Part shown: positions 7,793 to 16,191 of the stretch, piece by piece | How the letters are laid out: every line of letters starts with the position of its first letter | Position numbering within the stretch: the stretch's first letter is position 1 | Assembly (NCBI GenBank): GCA_035281445.1 | Contig: DATEEA010000180.1 | Coordinates: 4,909-68,908, forward strand | Source: Candidatus Polarisedimenticolia bacterium | GTDB taxonomy: Bacteria > Acidobacteriota > Polarisedimenticolia > JACPZX01 > DASXTC01 | Direction of reading: 5' to 3' | DNA length: 64,000 bases | Program-made: the position numbers and the translations under genes | Notes under the pieces: generated by a model | What the model was told of the DNA's origin: nothing | Databases searched by the model: none | Seen by the model: only the letters and a program-made list of their open reading frames with translations

Positions 7793-10102
7793 TCAACGCG
7801 CCGGAGCCATCTCCAGCGTCACGCCGCTGTAGTAGTGGCCCAGGATCTGATCGAAGGTGCGGCCGCGCAGCGCCATGCCGTAGGCGCCGACCTGGCACAG
7901 CCCCACCCCGTGCCCCCAGCCCTTCCCGGCGAAGACGAACGTCTCCACCGCGCCGTCGCGCCCGAACTGCCGGTCCACCAGGAAGAGGGACTCGCGCAGG
8001 CCGAGCAGTCTCACGATGTCGAACCCGTGGAAGGTGAAACGGCCGGCGCTCCCCACCACGGTGAGATCCGCGATGCGCCCGGACACCCCGCGCCGCCCGG
8101 GGACCAGGTCGATCAGGCGCCCGATGGAAGCCCGGGCCTTGATCCGCGTTTCCAGCTCGGCGCGCGGCACGCGCGCCTCCCACAGGTAGTTCACCGTGTA
8201 GCGGTCGTCGGACGCCCCCCGCTGGTTCGCCTTCAGCAGGAGGTAGTCCACCGCCCCGTCCGCCGACAGGTGGTACTCGACGTTGTCCCCGTCCTGCAGC
8301 AGGAGCTCGGGCACGGCAACCGTCTCCTGATCGCTGCGAACGGCCAGGTGCAGCCTGGAGGCGACGGGAGGCGAGACCGTCCCGTCGTCGGATTGCAGCG
8401 TCATCGTCTGCTCCCTGAACCCCCGGTGCTTGGCCGCTTTCAGGCCGGCCGCCTGGTAGCGAAGCACCAGCCGGTGCAGCGCCCGCGCCATCAGGGCGCG
8501 GCTGACCGGCTCCTTCAGGGCGGCGGCCGCGTCCGACGCCCGGGGACGCGGGAGGATCTCCTCCTTGATGAGATAGGCCAGGGCGGCCCGCGAGGCCTCC
8601 GGGACCGCGGACAGCACGCGCTGCCCGACGAACGCCGGCAGGTCCCGCGGATCGACCAGCATGGTGAGGCGGTCCCCCCAGCCGAGCGCCTCCACCAGGT
8701 AGGAAGCCATCGCCGGCTGGTCGGCCAGCGGGCGGGAGGCGGCGAAGCCGGCGGGGGGCTTCTTGCCGATCGCCGCCAGCGTGCGCAGCGTCCACTCCCC
8801 CGCCTCGGCCGCCTCCAGGGGCCCGGTGATGAAGGGGGGCTGGACCTGCTCCGGCGGGATGACCCCCAGCACCTCCAGGATGGCGAGAGCCTCGTCGATC
8901 CGCTCCCCTCCGGGGAGCACCACGGGGGGCCCGCCCCAGGCTCCCTGCATCACGCGGCGCGTGGCCGCCAGCGTCTCGTCGTCGGGATAGCAGGTGACGC
9001 CCCGCAGGTAAGGGCCCTGCATCTCCCGGAACACGTTGCTGAGATCCTCGGTGTGCCCGCCGCAGGTGGCCGTGTAGAGAGCGTTGATCGGCTTGCCCTG
9101 ATACGTGGCGATCAGGCCCGCGGTCTGCTCCACCGCCATGTCCGACAGCGGGTGCTCCGCCTGCATCCCGCCGTACACCTGGCAGCGCGCCGAGTCGCAG
9201 ATGTCGTAGCCGTCCTCGGAGAACTGCCCGCGGTTGGCCTCCAGGTAGGTGCGGGCGGCGACCGCCTGCGCCTTGAGCGCCTCCAGCTCGCCGTAGAGAT
9301 GGGGCCCCAGTTCCTTGGGGACCACGCCCTTGAGGTAGTCCTCCAGGTTCAGGACGTTGACGACCTTGAGCTCTCGCGAAGGGGTGATCAGGATCTCCAG
9401 CACGCCGCGGTAGGTCGGCTCCCCCGCCTGGATAGGCCGGCCGTCCGCGGCGGGGAGGACCAGCAGCGCCCGCGCCGCGGTGAGCATGTCGTTGTAGTCT
9501 TCGTCCACCAGCCGGATCTTCGGAAGGTGCCCTCCCGGCCCCGCCTCCTGCACCACCCAGATCTCCGAGAACCCCAGCTCGCGCAGCGTCTGCTCGACCT
9601 GCGCGATCTCCTCGCGCGAGCCGCGCTGCCCGACCCGCACGCGCCACGCGTTGCGGTCCGGGTTGCGCGAGACCTGCGCCACCTCTCCCGTCTCCTTCTC
9701 CAGGCGCTCCTTGAGCGCGTCGGCCTCCTCGCGCTCGGCGAGCGACGCCACCTGCACCCGGAACACCGGCGGCGGGGCCGGCTCGCGCCCCGTCTCCAGC
9801 ACGGCGTGGACCGTTCCTTTGTGCAGGTGCTTCCAGATGTCGCGCCCGGTCTCCCGGTCGACGATGTGAAGCCCTCCCTGCGACGACAGCGAGGCCGATC
9901 GGCCGTCGCCGCCCAGCCCGATCCGCACGATCGGCTCGGCCAGCCTCACGCTGACGCGCCCTCCCGACCGGGGACGCTCGGCGAGCGGCCCCAGCCGCAC
10001 GGAGCGGGCCGGATCGGCCAGGGCCCGGCCCGCGGTCAGGGCGGCCGCCGCGGCCAGCAGCGCGCACGCCGTTGTCGTCCTCCGTCTAGAATGAAGCGTC
10101 AT
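7793..10102 (-). CDS. SpoIID/LytB domain protein with SPOR domain (cell-wall amidase enhancer-like)
   Basis: Signal peptide 'MTLHSRRRTTTACALLAAAAALTAGRALA' (ATG 10100-10102). SPOR-like 'VFRVQVASLAEREEADALKERL...AWRVRVGQ'. SpoIID/LytB motifs 'ALKAQAVAARTY', 'CDSARCQVYGG', 'ATCGGHTE', 'GKGWGHGVGLCQVGAYGMA'. Confidence 0.85.
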   Translation of the reverse strand: MTLHSRRRTTTACALLAAAAALTAGRALADPARSVRLGPLAERPRSGGRVSVRLAEPIVRIGLGGDGRSASLSSQGGLHIVDRETGRDIWKHLHKGTVHAVLETGREPAPPPVFRVQVASLAEREEADALKERLEKETGEVAQVSRNPDRNAWRVRVGQRGSREEIAQVEQTLRELGFSEIWVVQEAGPGGHLPKIRLVDEDYNDMLTAARALLVLPAADGRPIQAGEPTYRGVLEILITPSRELKVVNVLNLEDYLKGVVPKELGPHLYGELEALKAQAVAARTYLEANRGQFSEDGYDICDSARCQVYGGMQAEHPLSDMAVEQTAGLIATYQGKPINALYTATCGGHTEDLSNVFREMQGPYLRGVTCYPDDETLAATRRVMQGAWGGPPVVLPGGERIDEALAILEVLGVIPPEQVQPPFITGPLEAAEAGEWTLRTLAAIGKKPPAGFAASRPLADQPAMASYLVEALGWGDRLTMLVDPRDLPAFVGQRVLSAVPEASRAALAYLIKEEILPRPRASDAAAALKEPVSRALMARALHRLVLRYQAAGLKAAKHRGFREQTMTLQSDDGTVSPPVASRLHLAVRSDQETVAVPELLLQDGDNVEYHLSADGAVDYLLLKANQRGASDDRYTVNYLWEARVPRAELETRIKARASIGRLIDLVPGRRGVSGRIADLTVVGSAGRFTFHGFDIVRLLGLRESLFLVDRQFGRDGAVETFVFAGKGWGHGVGLCQVGAYGMALRGRTFDQILGHYYSGVTLEMAPAR

Positions 10103-10775
10103 GGCACCCCGGCTTCGCGGCGTCTGCTTCGATCTCTGGAACACCCTGGCCTCCACCGTGCACGAGCCTCATCCCATCAGGGCGCTGGCCTCCGCCTTCG
10201 GGCTGGAGGGGCGTCCCGGCTGGAGGCGGACCTTGGAGGAGACCATCATGACCCGGCGCCTGCCCGGGATCACCGCGGCCCTGGACGAGCTGGAACGGGC
10301 CACCGGCCGGCCTCCCGGCAACGGCTGGACCCGGCGCGACCTGGTCCTGGCCTGGGGGGCGGCGAGCAACGCCAACCGACTCTACCCCGACGCCCTGCCG
10401 GCGCTGCGGCGGCTGGCGCGCGACGGTCTTCGCCTGGGTCTCGTGTCCAACACCCAGTCGTTCGATCTCGATCTGCTGGACAGGGACGGGATCGCGGCGC
10501 TGATGCAGGCCGTCTGCCTGTCCTGCGACTGCGGGATGCTGAAGCCCGATCCGGGCATCTTCAGCCTGGCCGCCGGGAGGCTCGGGATCCCCGCATCCGA
10601 GATCCTGATGGTCGGCGACCGTCCCGACGACGACGTGGCGGGCGCCCGCCGGGCCGGTCTGCGGGCCGTGCTCCTCGATCGGCCCGCCGGCGCCGCGCCT
10701 CCCAGGCGCCGGGAAGGAGAGCCTGTCCTGCGCGGACTCGACGAGCTGCCCGGTTTCATCGCTTCGCTCTCCTGA
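10101..10775 (+). CDS. HAD-superfamily hydrolase (haloacid dehalogenase-like)
   Basis: 224 aa. Motif I 'VCFDLWNTLAS' near the N-terminus. 'VSNT' motif II. 'MVGDRPDDDVAGARRAG' motif III/IV. Its ATG shares the AT of the divergent SpoIID ATG (CATG). Confidence 0.75.
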   Translation: MAPRLRGVCFDLWNTLASTVHEPHPIRALASAFGLEGRPGWRRTLEETIMTRRLPGITAALDELERATGRPPGNGWTRRDLVLAWGAASNANRLYPDALPALRRLARDGLRLGLVSNTQSFDLDLLDRDGIAALMQAVCLSCDCGMLKPDPGIFSLAAGRLGIPASEILMVGDRPDDDVAGARRAGLRAVLLDRPAGAAPPRRREGEPVLRGLDELPGFIASLS

Positions 10776-11175
10776 GACGGCCCGCCGGCGGCGCGGACGG
10801 GCCGCCGGCCGCGGCCCGGTGCCTGGTCACCTGCACCCCGATGTAGTCCACGATCCCGTCGATGATCGGCGTCTCCTTGCGCACCCTGACGGTGACCTCG
10901 CCGACCGCGAATCGGGCCAGGATCTCCTCGGCGATCTTCCCTCCCAGGCTCTCGATCAGGTGGAACGACCGCCGGTCCTGCCCGATCTCCAGGACGATGC
11001 GGTGGATCTCGCGGTAGTCGATGGTGTCGGCCAGCCGGTCGCTGGCGATGGCGGGGGACAGATCCACCTCCATCTCCACGTCGATGGAGCAGCGCACGCC
11101 GACCTCGCGCTCCAGCCGCGTGAGGCCGTGGTACGCGTGGAACTTGATCCCGCCGACGATGATCCGGTCGGTCAT
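10756..11175 (-). CDS. folB: Dihydroneopterin aldolase
   Basis: 139 aa. 'IIVGGIKFHAYHGLTRLEREVG...EVDL' and 'TIDYREIHRIV...ESLGGKIAEEIL' match FolB. Converges on the HAD gene with about 20 nt of overlap. Confidence 0.85.
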   Translation of the reverse strand: MTDRIIVGGIKFHAYHGLTRLEREVGVRCSIDVEMEVDLSPAIASDRLADTIDYREIHRIVLEIGQDRRSFHLIESLGGKIAEEILARFAVGEVTVRVRKETPIIDGIVDYIGVQVTRHRAAAGGPSAPPAGRLRRAKR

Positions 11176-11239
11176 GGCCTCCCGCTCGGCCTCACGCCCG
11201 GAAGCGCGCGGGGCGCCCGCCTCCGGGAGCGTCGCCTGA

Positions 11240-11581
11240 TCACTCCTTGTCCGGCATCGTGGCCTTGAAGCCGGTCTTGTTGACGGTCTCCACGATCCGC
11301 TCGATGGTGACCTTGCTCTTGAGGTAGGTCACCGTGGCGGTCCCCTTCTCGTAGTCGGCGGTCACGGAAACCACCCCGTCCAGCTTCCGCACCTCTTCGC
11401 GGATGATGGCGCTGCACGAGCCGCAGGTCATCCCCCTGACCTTGAGGACCACCTTCGCCTCGTCCCGCGCCGCGGGGCCCGACTCGGAGGCGGCGACGGC
11501 CGCCGGGAGCGGTCCGGCGGCGGCCGGGGCGGTCAGGACGGCGGCCAGCAGGAGCGGGGCTGTTCCGATCACAGGGCGCAT
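11240..11581 (-). CDS. Heavy-metal-associated (HMA) domain protein, exported (CopZ-like)
   Basis: Internal ATG at 11579-11581 gives signal peptide 'MRPVIGTAPLLLAAVLTAPAAAG' and an HMA fold 'LKVRGMTCGSCSAIIREEV..LDGVVSV.ADYEKGTATVTY'. The upstream 49 codons of the track ORF are rejected. Confidence 0.75.
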   Translation of the reverse strand: MRPVIGTAPLLLAAVLTAPAAAGPLPAAVAASESGPAARDEAKVVLKVRGMTCGSCSAIIREEVRKLDGVVSVTADYEKGTATVTYLKSKVTIERIVETVNKTGFKATMPDKE

Positions 11582-11625
11582 GGGTTCTCCTCCGGACGTT
11601 GCCCAGGACACGCTAGCACACCAGG

Positions 11626-12930
11626 TCAGCTCCGGCTCCGGCGCAGGGGCGTCTCGGGGATGGGGTACCGCACCAGAGGGCGCATGGACGGGATGCGCGC
11701 CGCGAAGATCGCGCCGGCCGCCACGCACCCGGCCCCTCCGGCGGCGACGGCGGCCGGCGAGCCGGCGGCCGAGGCCAGCCCTCCCGCCAGCAGGCTCCCC
11801 CAGGGAGCCATCCCCACGAACATGATGCTGTAGAGGCTCATCACCCGCCCGCGCAGAGGGTCGGGGCAGAGCGACTGGAGGAGCAGGTTGGTGGCGGCCG
11901 CGTGGGTGATCATGGAGAACCCGGCCAGCGCCAGCAGCGCGCAGGACAGGGCGAAGCTGCGCGACGAGGCGAACGCCCCCAGGGTCAGGCCGAAGCCGAT
12001 GGATCCCATGGCCACCACCCGCCCCAGGCCCGCCACCGAGCGGCGTCGGGCCAGCGCCACCGCCGCGGCGAACGCCCCGACCCCCGTGGCCCCCATCAGC
12101 GTCCCCAGTCCCCGGGCTCCTCCTCCCAGGACCTCTCCCGCGAAGACCGGCATCAGGACGGCGTAGGGCATGCCGCAGAGGCTGACCACCCCCAAGAGCA
12201 GCAGCAGCGCCCGGATCGGCTTCGTCCTCCAGGCGTAGGCGAGCCCCTCGGCCAGGTGCGTCCGGGTGGACCCCGAGGCCGCGGGGACGGGCCGGCGCTC
12301 GAAGCGCATGGCCGCCAGGCAGGCGATCACGGCCAGGTAGGAGACCCCGTTGAGGAGGAAGCAGGGTCCTTCGCCCAGGGTGGCCACCACGATCCCCGCC
12401 AGCGCGGGACCGATCACCCGTGCCGCGTTGAACAGGGAGGAGTTGAGCGCCAGAGCGTTGGGGAGATCGTCCATCTCCACCATGGTGGAGATGAACGACT
12501 GGCGGGCCGGGAGATCGAAGGCGCTGATCACCCCCTGCAGCGCGGCCAGCGCGAAGATCAGCGGGACCGTGGCCGCGCCCCCGATGACCAGCGCGGCGAG
12601 GGCCAGCGCCTGCAGCATGGCCGCCACCTGGGTGGCCATGACCAGCCGGTGGCGATCGAACCGGTCCGCGGCCAGCCCGCCCGCCAGCCCCAGGACGAAG
12701 ACCGGAACCCGGTCGGCGAAGCCGATGAGCCCCAGCAGGACCTCCGAGCCGGTGAGCCGGTACACCAGCCAGGCCTGGGCCAGCGACTGCATCCAGCTCC
12801 CGATCACCGAGATGAGCTGGCCGGCGAAGAAGAGCCTGTAGTTGCGGTGGGCGAGCGCCCGGATCCCGACCGGCCAGACGCGCCGGCGGGGCGTGGACGC
12901 CGGTCCCGGCGCAGCGGACATTGTTGACAT
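11626..12930 (-). CDS. MFS transporter (EntS/YbdA-like efflux family)
   Basis: Start 'MSTMSAAPG' (ATG 12928-12930). 12 predicted TM segments. MFS motif 'GLAGGLAADRFDRHRL'. The track ORF N-terminus (189 aa, acidic and low complexity) lies in the divergent intergenic region and is rejected. Confidence 0.8.
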   Translation of the reverse strand: MSTMSAAPGPASTPRRRVWPVGIRALAHRNYRLFFAGQLISVIGSWMQSLAQAWLVYRLTGSEVLLGLIGFADRVPVFVLGLAGGLAADRFDRHRLVMATQVAAMLQALALAALVIGGAATVPLIFALAALQGVISAFDLPARQSFISTMVEMDDLPNALALNSSLFNAARVIGPALAGIVVATLGEGPCFLLNGVSYLAVIACLAAMRFERRPVPAASGSTRTHLAEGLAYAWRTKPIRALLLLLGVVSLCGMPYAVLMPVFAGEVLGGGARGLGTLMGATGVGAFAAAVALARRRSVAGLGRVVAMGSIGFGLTLGAFASSRSFALSCALLALAGFSMITHAAATNLLLQSLCPDPLRGRVMSLYSIMFVGMAPWGSLLAGGLASAAGSPAAVAAGGAGCVAAGAIFAARIPSMRPLVRYPIPETPLRRSRS

Positions 12931-13026
12931 GACGGGGGTGTCGGCTAGAATACGGCGGTTCGCGCCTCGCTTGGCCTGCAAGGCATTCCGGAAGACGGCC
13001 CAGTATAGCGCGCCCCCGGGAGCGGC

Positions 13027-13485
13027 ATGGGCATCATCGGCATCGCGGGCGAGATCTTCTTCGAGGACAAGGTCGTCGCGCACTTCAAGGACGGCCGCGT
13101 CGTCAAGGGGCACACCAGGGACTTCTCTCCGGCCCGCGACTCCTTCACCTTGCAGCCGTACGTCGGCGAGTCCGGGCCGGTCCCGGTCTTCCTCGACGAG
13201 CTCAAGGCGGTGTTCCACGTCCGGACCTTCGAGGGCAACCCCGCGCACCCGCGCCCCAAGGGGACGGTCGGGGAGATCGGCGAGGCCCGTTTCACCAAGG
13301 TGATGGAGCAGGGACGTCGCGTGGCGCTGCAGTTCCAGGACGGCGAGCGCCTGTGGGGCTACGCCGAGTCGCACGGCGACCGCGAACGGGGGTTCTTCTT
13401 CTTTCCCACCGACCCCGGCGACAACAACCTGCGCGTCTACGTGGTGAAGTCCTCCCTCAAGGAGATGGTGTTCCTTGAAGCGTGA
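13027..13485 (+). CDS. Hypothetical small protein with internal tandem duplication
   Basis: 152 aa. Two roughly 60-aa repeats ('FKDGRVVKGHTRDF...VPVFLDELKAVFHVRTFEG' and 'FQDGERLWGYAESH...LRVYVVKSSLKEMVFLE'). Balanced composition. Overlaps the start of the M24 peptidase gene by 11 nt, so it is probably the first gene of that operon. Confidence 0.55.
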   Translation: MGIIGIAGEIFFEDKVVAHFKDGRVVKGHTRDFSPARDSFTLQPYVGESGPVPVFLDELKAVFHVRTFEGNPAHPRPKGTVGEIGEARFTKVMEQGRRVALQFQDGERLWGYAESHGDRERGFFFFPTDPGDNNLRVYVVKSSLKEMVFLEA

Positions 13486-14674
13486 AGCGCCCGACATCGC
13501 GGCGATCCAGCGCGCTCTGGCCGCGTCGTCTCCTCCCTTCGGCGGCTGGCTCTTCTACGACTTCCGCGGACTGGACCCCATCAGCCTGGGGATCCTCCGG
13601 TTCCGCTCCGATCGGATGGCCACGCGGCGGTGGTTCTACCTCGTCCCCGCGGCGGGAGAGCCCGTGCGGATCTGCCACCGGATCGAAGCCGACGCCCTGG
13701 ATCACCTCCCGGGCAGGACGCTGCTGTACAGCGGCTGGCGGGAGCTCACCTCGCACCTGGAGACGGTGCTGGCCGGCCTGGGGCGGGTGGCCATGCAGTA
13801 CTCCCCGCGCAACGCCATCCCCTACGTGTCGCGCGTGGACGGCGGGACGCTGGAGATGGTGCGCGCCTGCGGCGTGGAGGTGGGCTCCTCGGCGGACCTG
13901 GTGCAGACCTTCGAGGCGGTGATGAGCGAGGAACAGCTCGCCACACACTTGGCGGCGGCGAGCATGCTGCGCGAGACGGTCGATCTCACCTTCGGCGAGG
14001 TGCGCCGGCGCCTGCTCCACGGCCTCCCGGCCACCGAGTTCGAGATCCAGACCTTCATGATGGATCGCTTCCGCTCCCTGGGCTTCACCGCGGACCATCC
14101 GCCCATCGTGGCGGTGAACGAGCACGCCGGGCAGCCGCACTACCTCCCCGAGGCCTCCGGGTCCTCCCCCATCCGGCGCGGGGACCTGCTGCTCATCGAC
14201 CTGTGGGCCAGGCAGGACAGGCCCGGGTCGATCTACGCCGACATCACCTGGACGGCGTTCTTGGACGCCACCGTTCCCCAGCGCCACGCGCAGGTCTTCG
14301 AGGTGGTGAGGGGCGCGCGCGACGCGGCCGCTTCCTTCGTGCAGACCGAGATCGCCGCCGGGCGCGAGGTGCTGGGCCGCCAGGTGGACGACGTGGCCAG
14401 GCGGCACATCGAGCAGCGCGGCTTCGGCCCGCAGTTCACCCACCGCACCGGGCACAACCTGGGCTACGAGGTGCACGGCAACGGAGCGCACCTCGATCAT
14501 CTCGAGACCATCGACGAACGGCGCCTCATCCCCCGCACCGCCTTCACCATCGAGCCCGGGGTGTACCTTCCCGAGTTCGGCATCCGCTCCGAGATCAACC
14601 TCTACGTCCGGGAGCGGGAAGCGATCGTCACCGGCCCCCCCATCCAGACAGAGCTCTCGCCGCTGCTGGCATGA
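13475..14674 (+). CDS. M24 family metallopeptidase (Xaa-Pro aminopeptidase/creatinase-like)
   Basis: 399 aa. Pita-bread fold metal ligands 'DLLLIDLWA', 'ADITWT', 'HRTGHNLGYEVHG', 'TIEPGVYLPEFGIRSE'. Confidence 0.85.
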   Translation: MKREAPDIAAIQRALAASSPPFGGWLFYDFRGLDPISLGILRFRSDRMATRRWFYLVPAAGEPVRICHRIEADALDHLPGRTLLYSGWRELTSHLETVLAGLGRVAMQYSPRNAIPYVSRVDGGTLEMVRACGVEVGSSADLVQTFEAVMSEEQLATHLAAASMLRETVDLTFGEVRRRLLHGLPATEFEIQTFMMDRFRSLGFTADHPPIVAVNEHAGQPHYLPEASGSSPIRRGDLLLIDLWARQDRPGSIYADITWTAFLDATVPQRHAQVFEVVRGARDAAASFVQTEIAAGREVLGRQVDDVARRHIEQRGFGPQFTHRTGHNLGYEVHGNGAHLDHLETIDERRLIPRTAFTIEPGVYLPEFGIRSEINLYVREREAIVTGPPIQTELSPLLA

Positions 14675-16191
14675 GCGGCGACGCCGGCGAGGGCGGGCTC
14701 GACGGCCGCTTCCTGGCCGTGGTGCTGGTCTACCTGGCGGCGCTGGCCGTCGTCGGCGTGCGGGCCTCCCGCCGGGTCACCACGCAGAACCAGTTCATGG
14801 TGGCCGACCGGCGCACCCCCGCCTGGATGCTGGTCGCCACCCTCATCTGCACCTGGATCGGCAGCGGCTCGATCATCGCCGGAGCCGGCCTCGCCTACAG
14901 GGTCGGGCTCTCCCAGCTCTGGATGGGCGCCGGAGCCTGGGCGGGCATCGCCTGTGTCTACTTCCTGGCCGGCAAGGTCAGGCGGCTCTCCGAGTACACG
15001 CTGCCCGACCTGCTGGAGAGGCGCTACCACCCGGCGGCCAGGCTGCTGGGAACGATCACCATCGTCATCGCCTACACCACCATCGCCGGCTACCAGTTCC
15101 GGGGGATGGGGATCGTGCTGGAGCTGGTGGCCGGGGTCCCCATGGCCTGGGGGGTCACGCTCACCGCGGCGCTGGTGGCCGTGTACACCTGCCTGGCCGG
15201 GATGGTGAGCGTCATCCGGCTGGACGTGCTCAACGGCGCCATGATCCTGGCGGGGATCCTGGTGGCCGTGCCGATGGTGATCGCCGGGGTGGGGGGGTGG
15301 GACGGCGTGCGGGACGCGCTCCCCGCCGATCACTTCACCCTGTTCGGCCCCCAGGAAGCACGGCACATGGTCCTGCTGGGGGAGGAGGTGGCTCCCCCGG
15401 GTTGGATCTGGGCGCTGGGGGTGTTCCTGCCGGTCTTCCTGCTGCTGCTGGGCGAGAGCAACATGTACCAGAAGTTCTTCTCCGCCGAGTCCGAGAGCGC
15501 CGCCCGCCGGGCCGTGGTCGGCTGGATCGCGGGGACGATCGTGGTGGAGACGCTTCTCTGCGTCCTGGCGGTGGCCGGGAGCAGCCGCTTCACCTCGCTG
15601 GGAGAGCAAGGGCGCACGGAGCGGATCATCCTGCACATGGCCCGGCACGGAGAGGAGGTCGGGCTGCCGTTCTGGGCCGGAGCGCTGCTGATGTGCGCGG
15701 CGGTGGCCATCATCATCTCCACGGCCAACGCCTTCCTGCTCTCTCCCAGCACCAGCCTGGCCCGCGACGTGGTGCAGCGGTTCCTGGCGCCGGGAATCGG
15801 CGACCGGGCGCTGCTGGCCATGCAGCGGCTGTTCATCCTCCTGCTGGCCGCGCTGGCCTACATGATGCTCCAGTTCTTCCCCACCGTCCTGGCCATGGCC
15901 TTCACCGCCTACACCTTCGTGGGGGCGGGCCTCACCCCCGCCATCCTGGCGGCGTTTCTCTGGAAGCGGGCCACCGCGGCCGGAGGCGTGGCCTCCATCG
16001 CCGGCGGGATGGCGGTCACTCTCGCCATCACCGTGGTCAACGGCTATCATCAGGTCTCCCATGGGAGACCCTGGCTGGAGACCGACTACATCGTGATCCC
16101 CGCGGCCGCCGCGTCCATCCTTCTGCTGGTGACCGTCTCCCTGCTGACCCCGCCGCCGGCCGAGGAGAGGTGGAGACCGTTCGCCGGATGA
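14671..16191 (+). CDS. Sodium:solute symporter family transporter (PutP/PanF-like)
   Basis: ATG 14671 overlaps the peptidase stop (ATGA). 506 aa, about 13 TM segments. SSS signatures 'GSGSIIAGAGLAY', 'YTLPDLLERRY'. The upstream 347 codons of the 853-aa track ORF are Arg/Gly-rich shadow. Confidence 0.85.
   Translation: MSGDAGEGGLDGRFLAVVLVYLAALAVVGVRASRRVTTQNQFMVADRRTPAWMLVATLICTWIGSGSIIAGAGLAYRVGLSQLWMGAGAWAGIACVYFLAGKVRRLSEYTLPDLLERRYHPAARLLGTITIVIAYTTIAGYQFRGMGIVLELVAGVPMAWGVTLTAALVAVYTCLAGMVSVIRLDVLNGAMILAGILVAVPMVIAGVGGWDGVRDALPADHFTLFGPQEARHMVLLGEEVAPPGWIWALGVFLPVFLLLLGESNMYQKFFSAESESAARRAVVGWIAGTIVVETLLCVLAVAGSSRFTSLGEQGRTERIILHMARHGEEVGLPFWAGALLMCAAVAIIISTANAFLLSPSTSLARDVVQRFLAPGIGDRALLAMQRLFILLLAALAYMMLQFFPTVLAMAFTAYTFVGAGLTPAILAAFLWKRATAAGGVASIAGGMAVTLAITVVNGYHQVSHGRPWLETDYIVIPAAAASILLLVTVSLLTPPPAEERWRPFAG

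Noticed and set aside
7835-10846. 1003-aa plus-strand ORF across the SpoIID and HAD region, and the 450-aa ORF 6351-7703
   Set aside because: Low-complexity Arg/Gly/Pro-rich translation. Antisense to genes with clear domain signatures.
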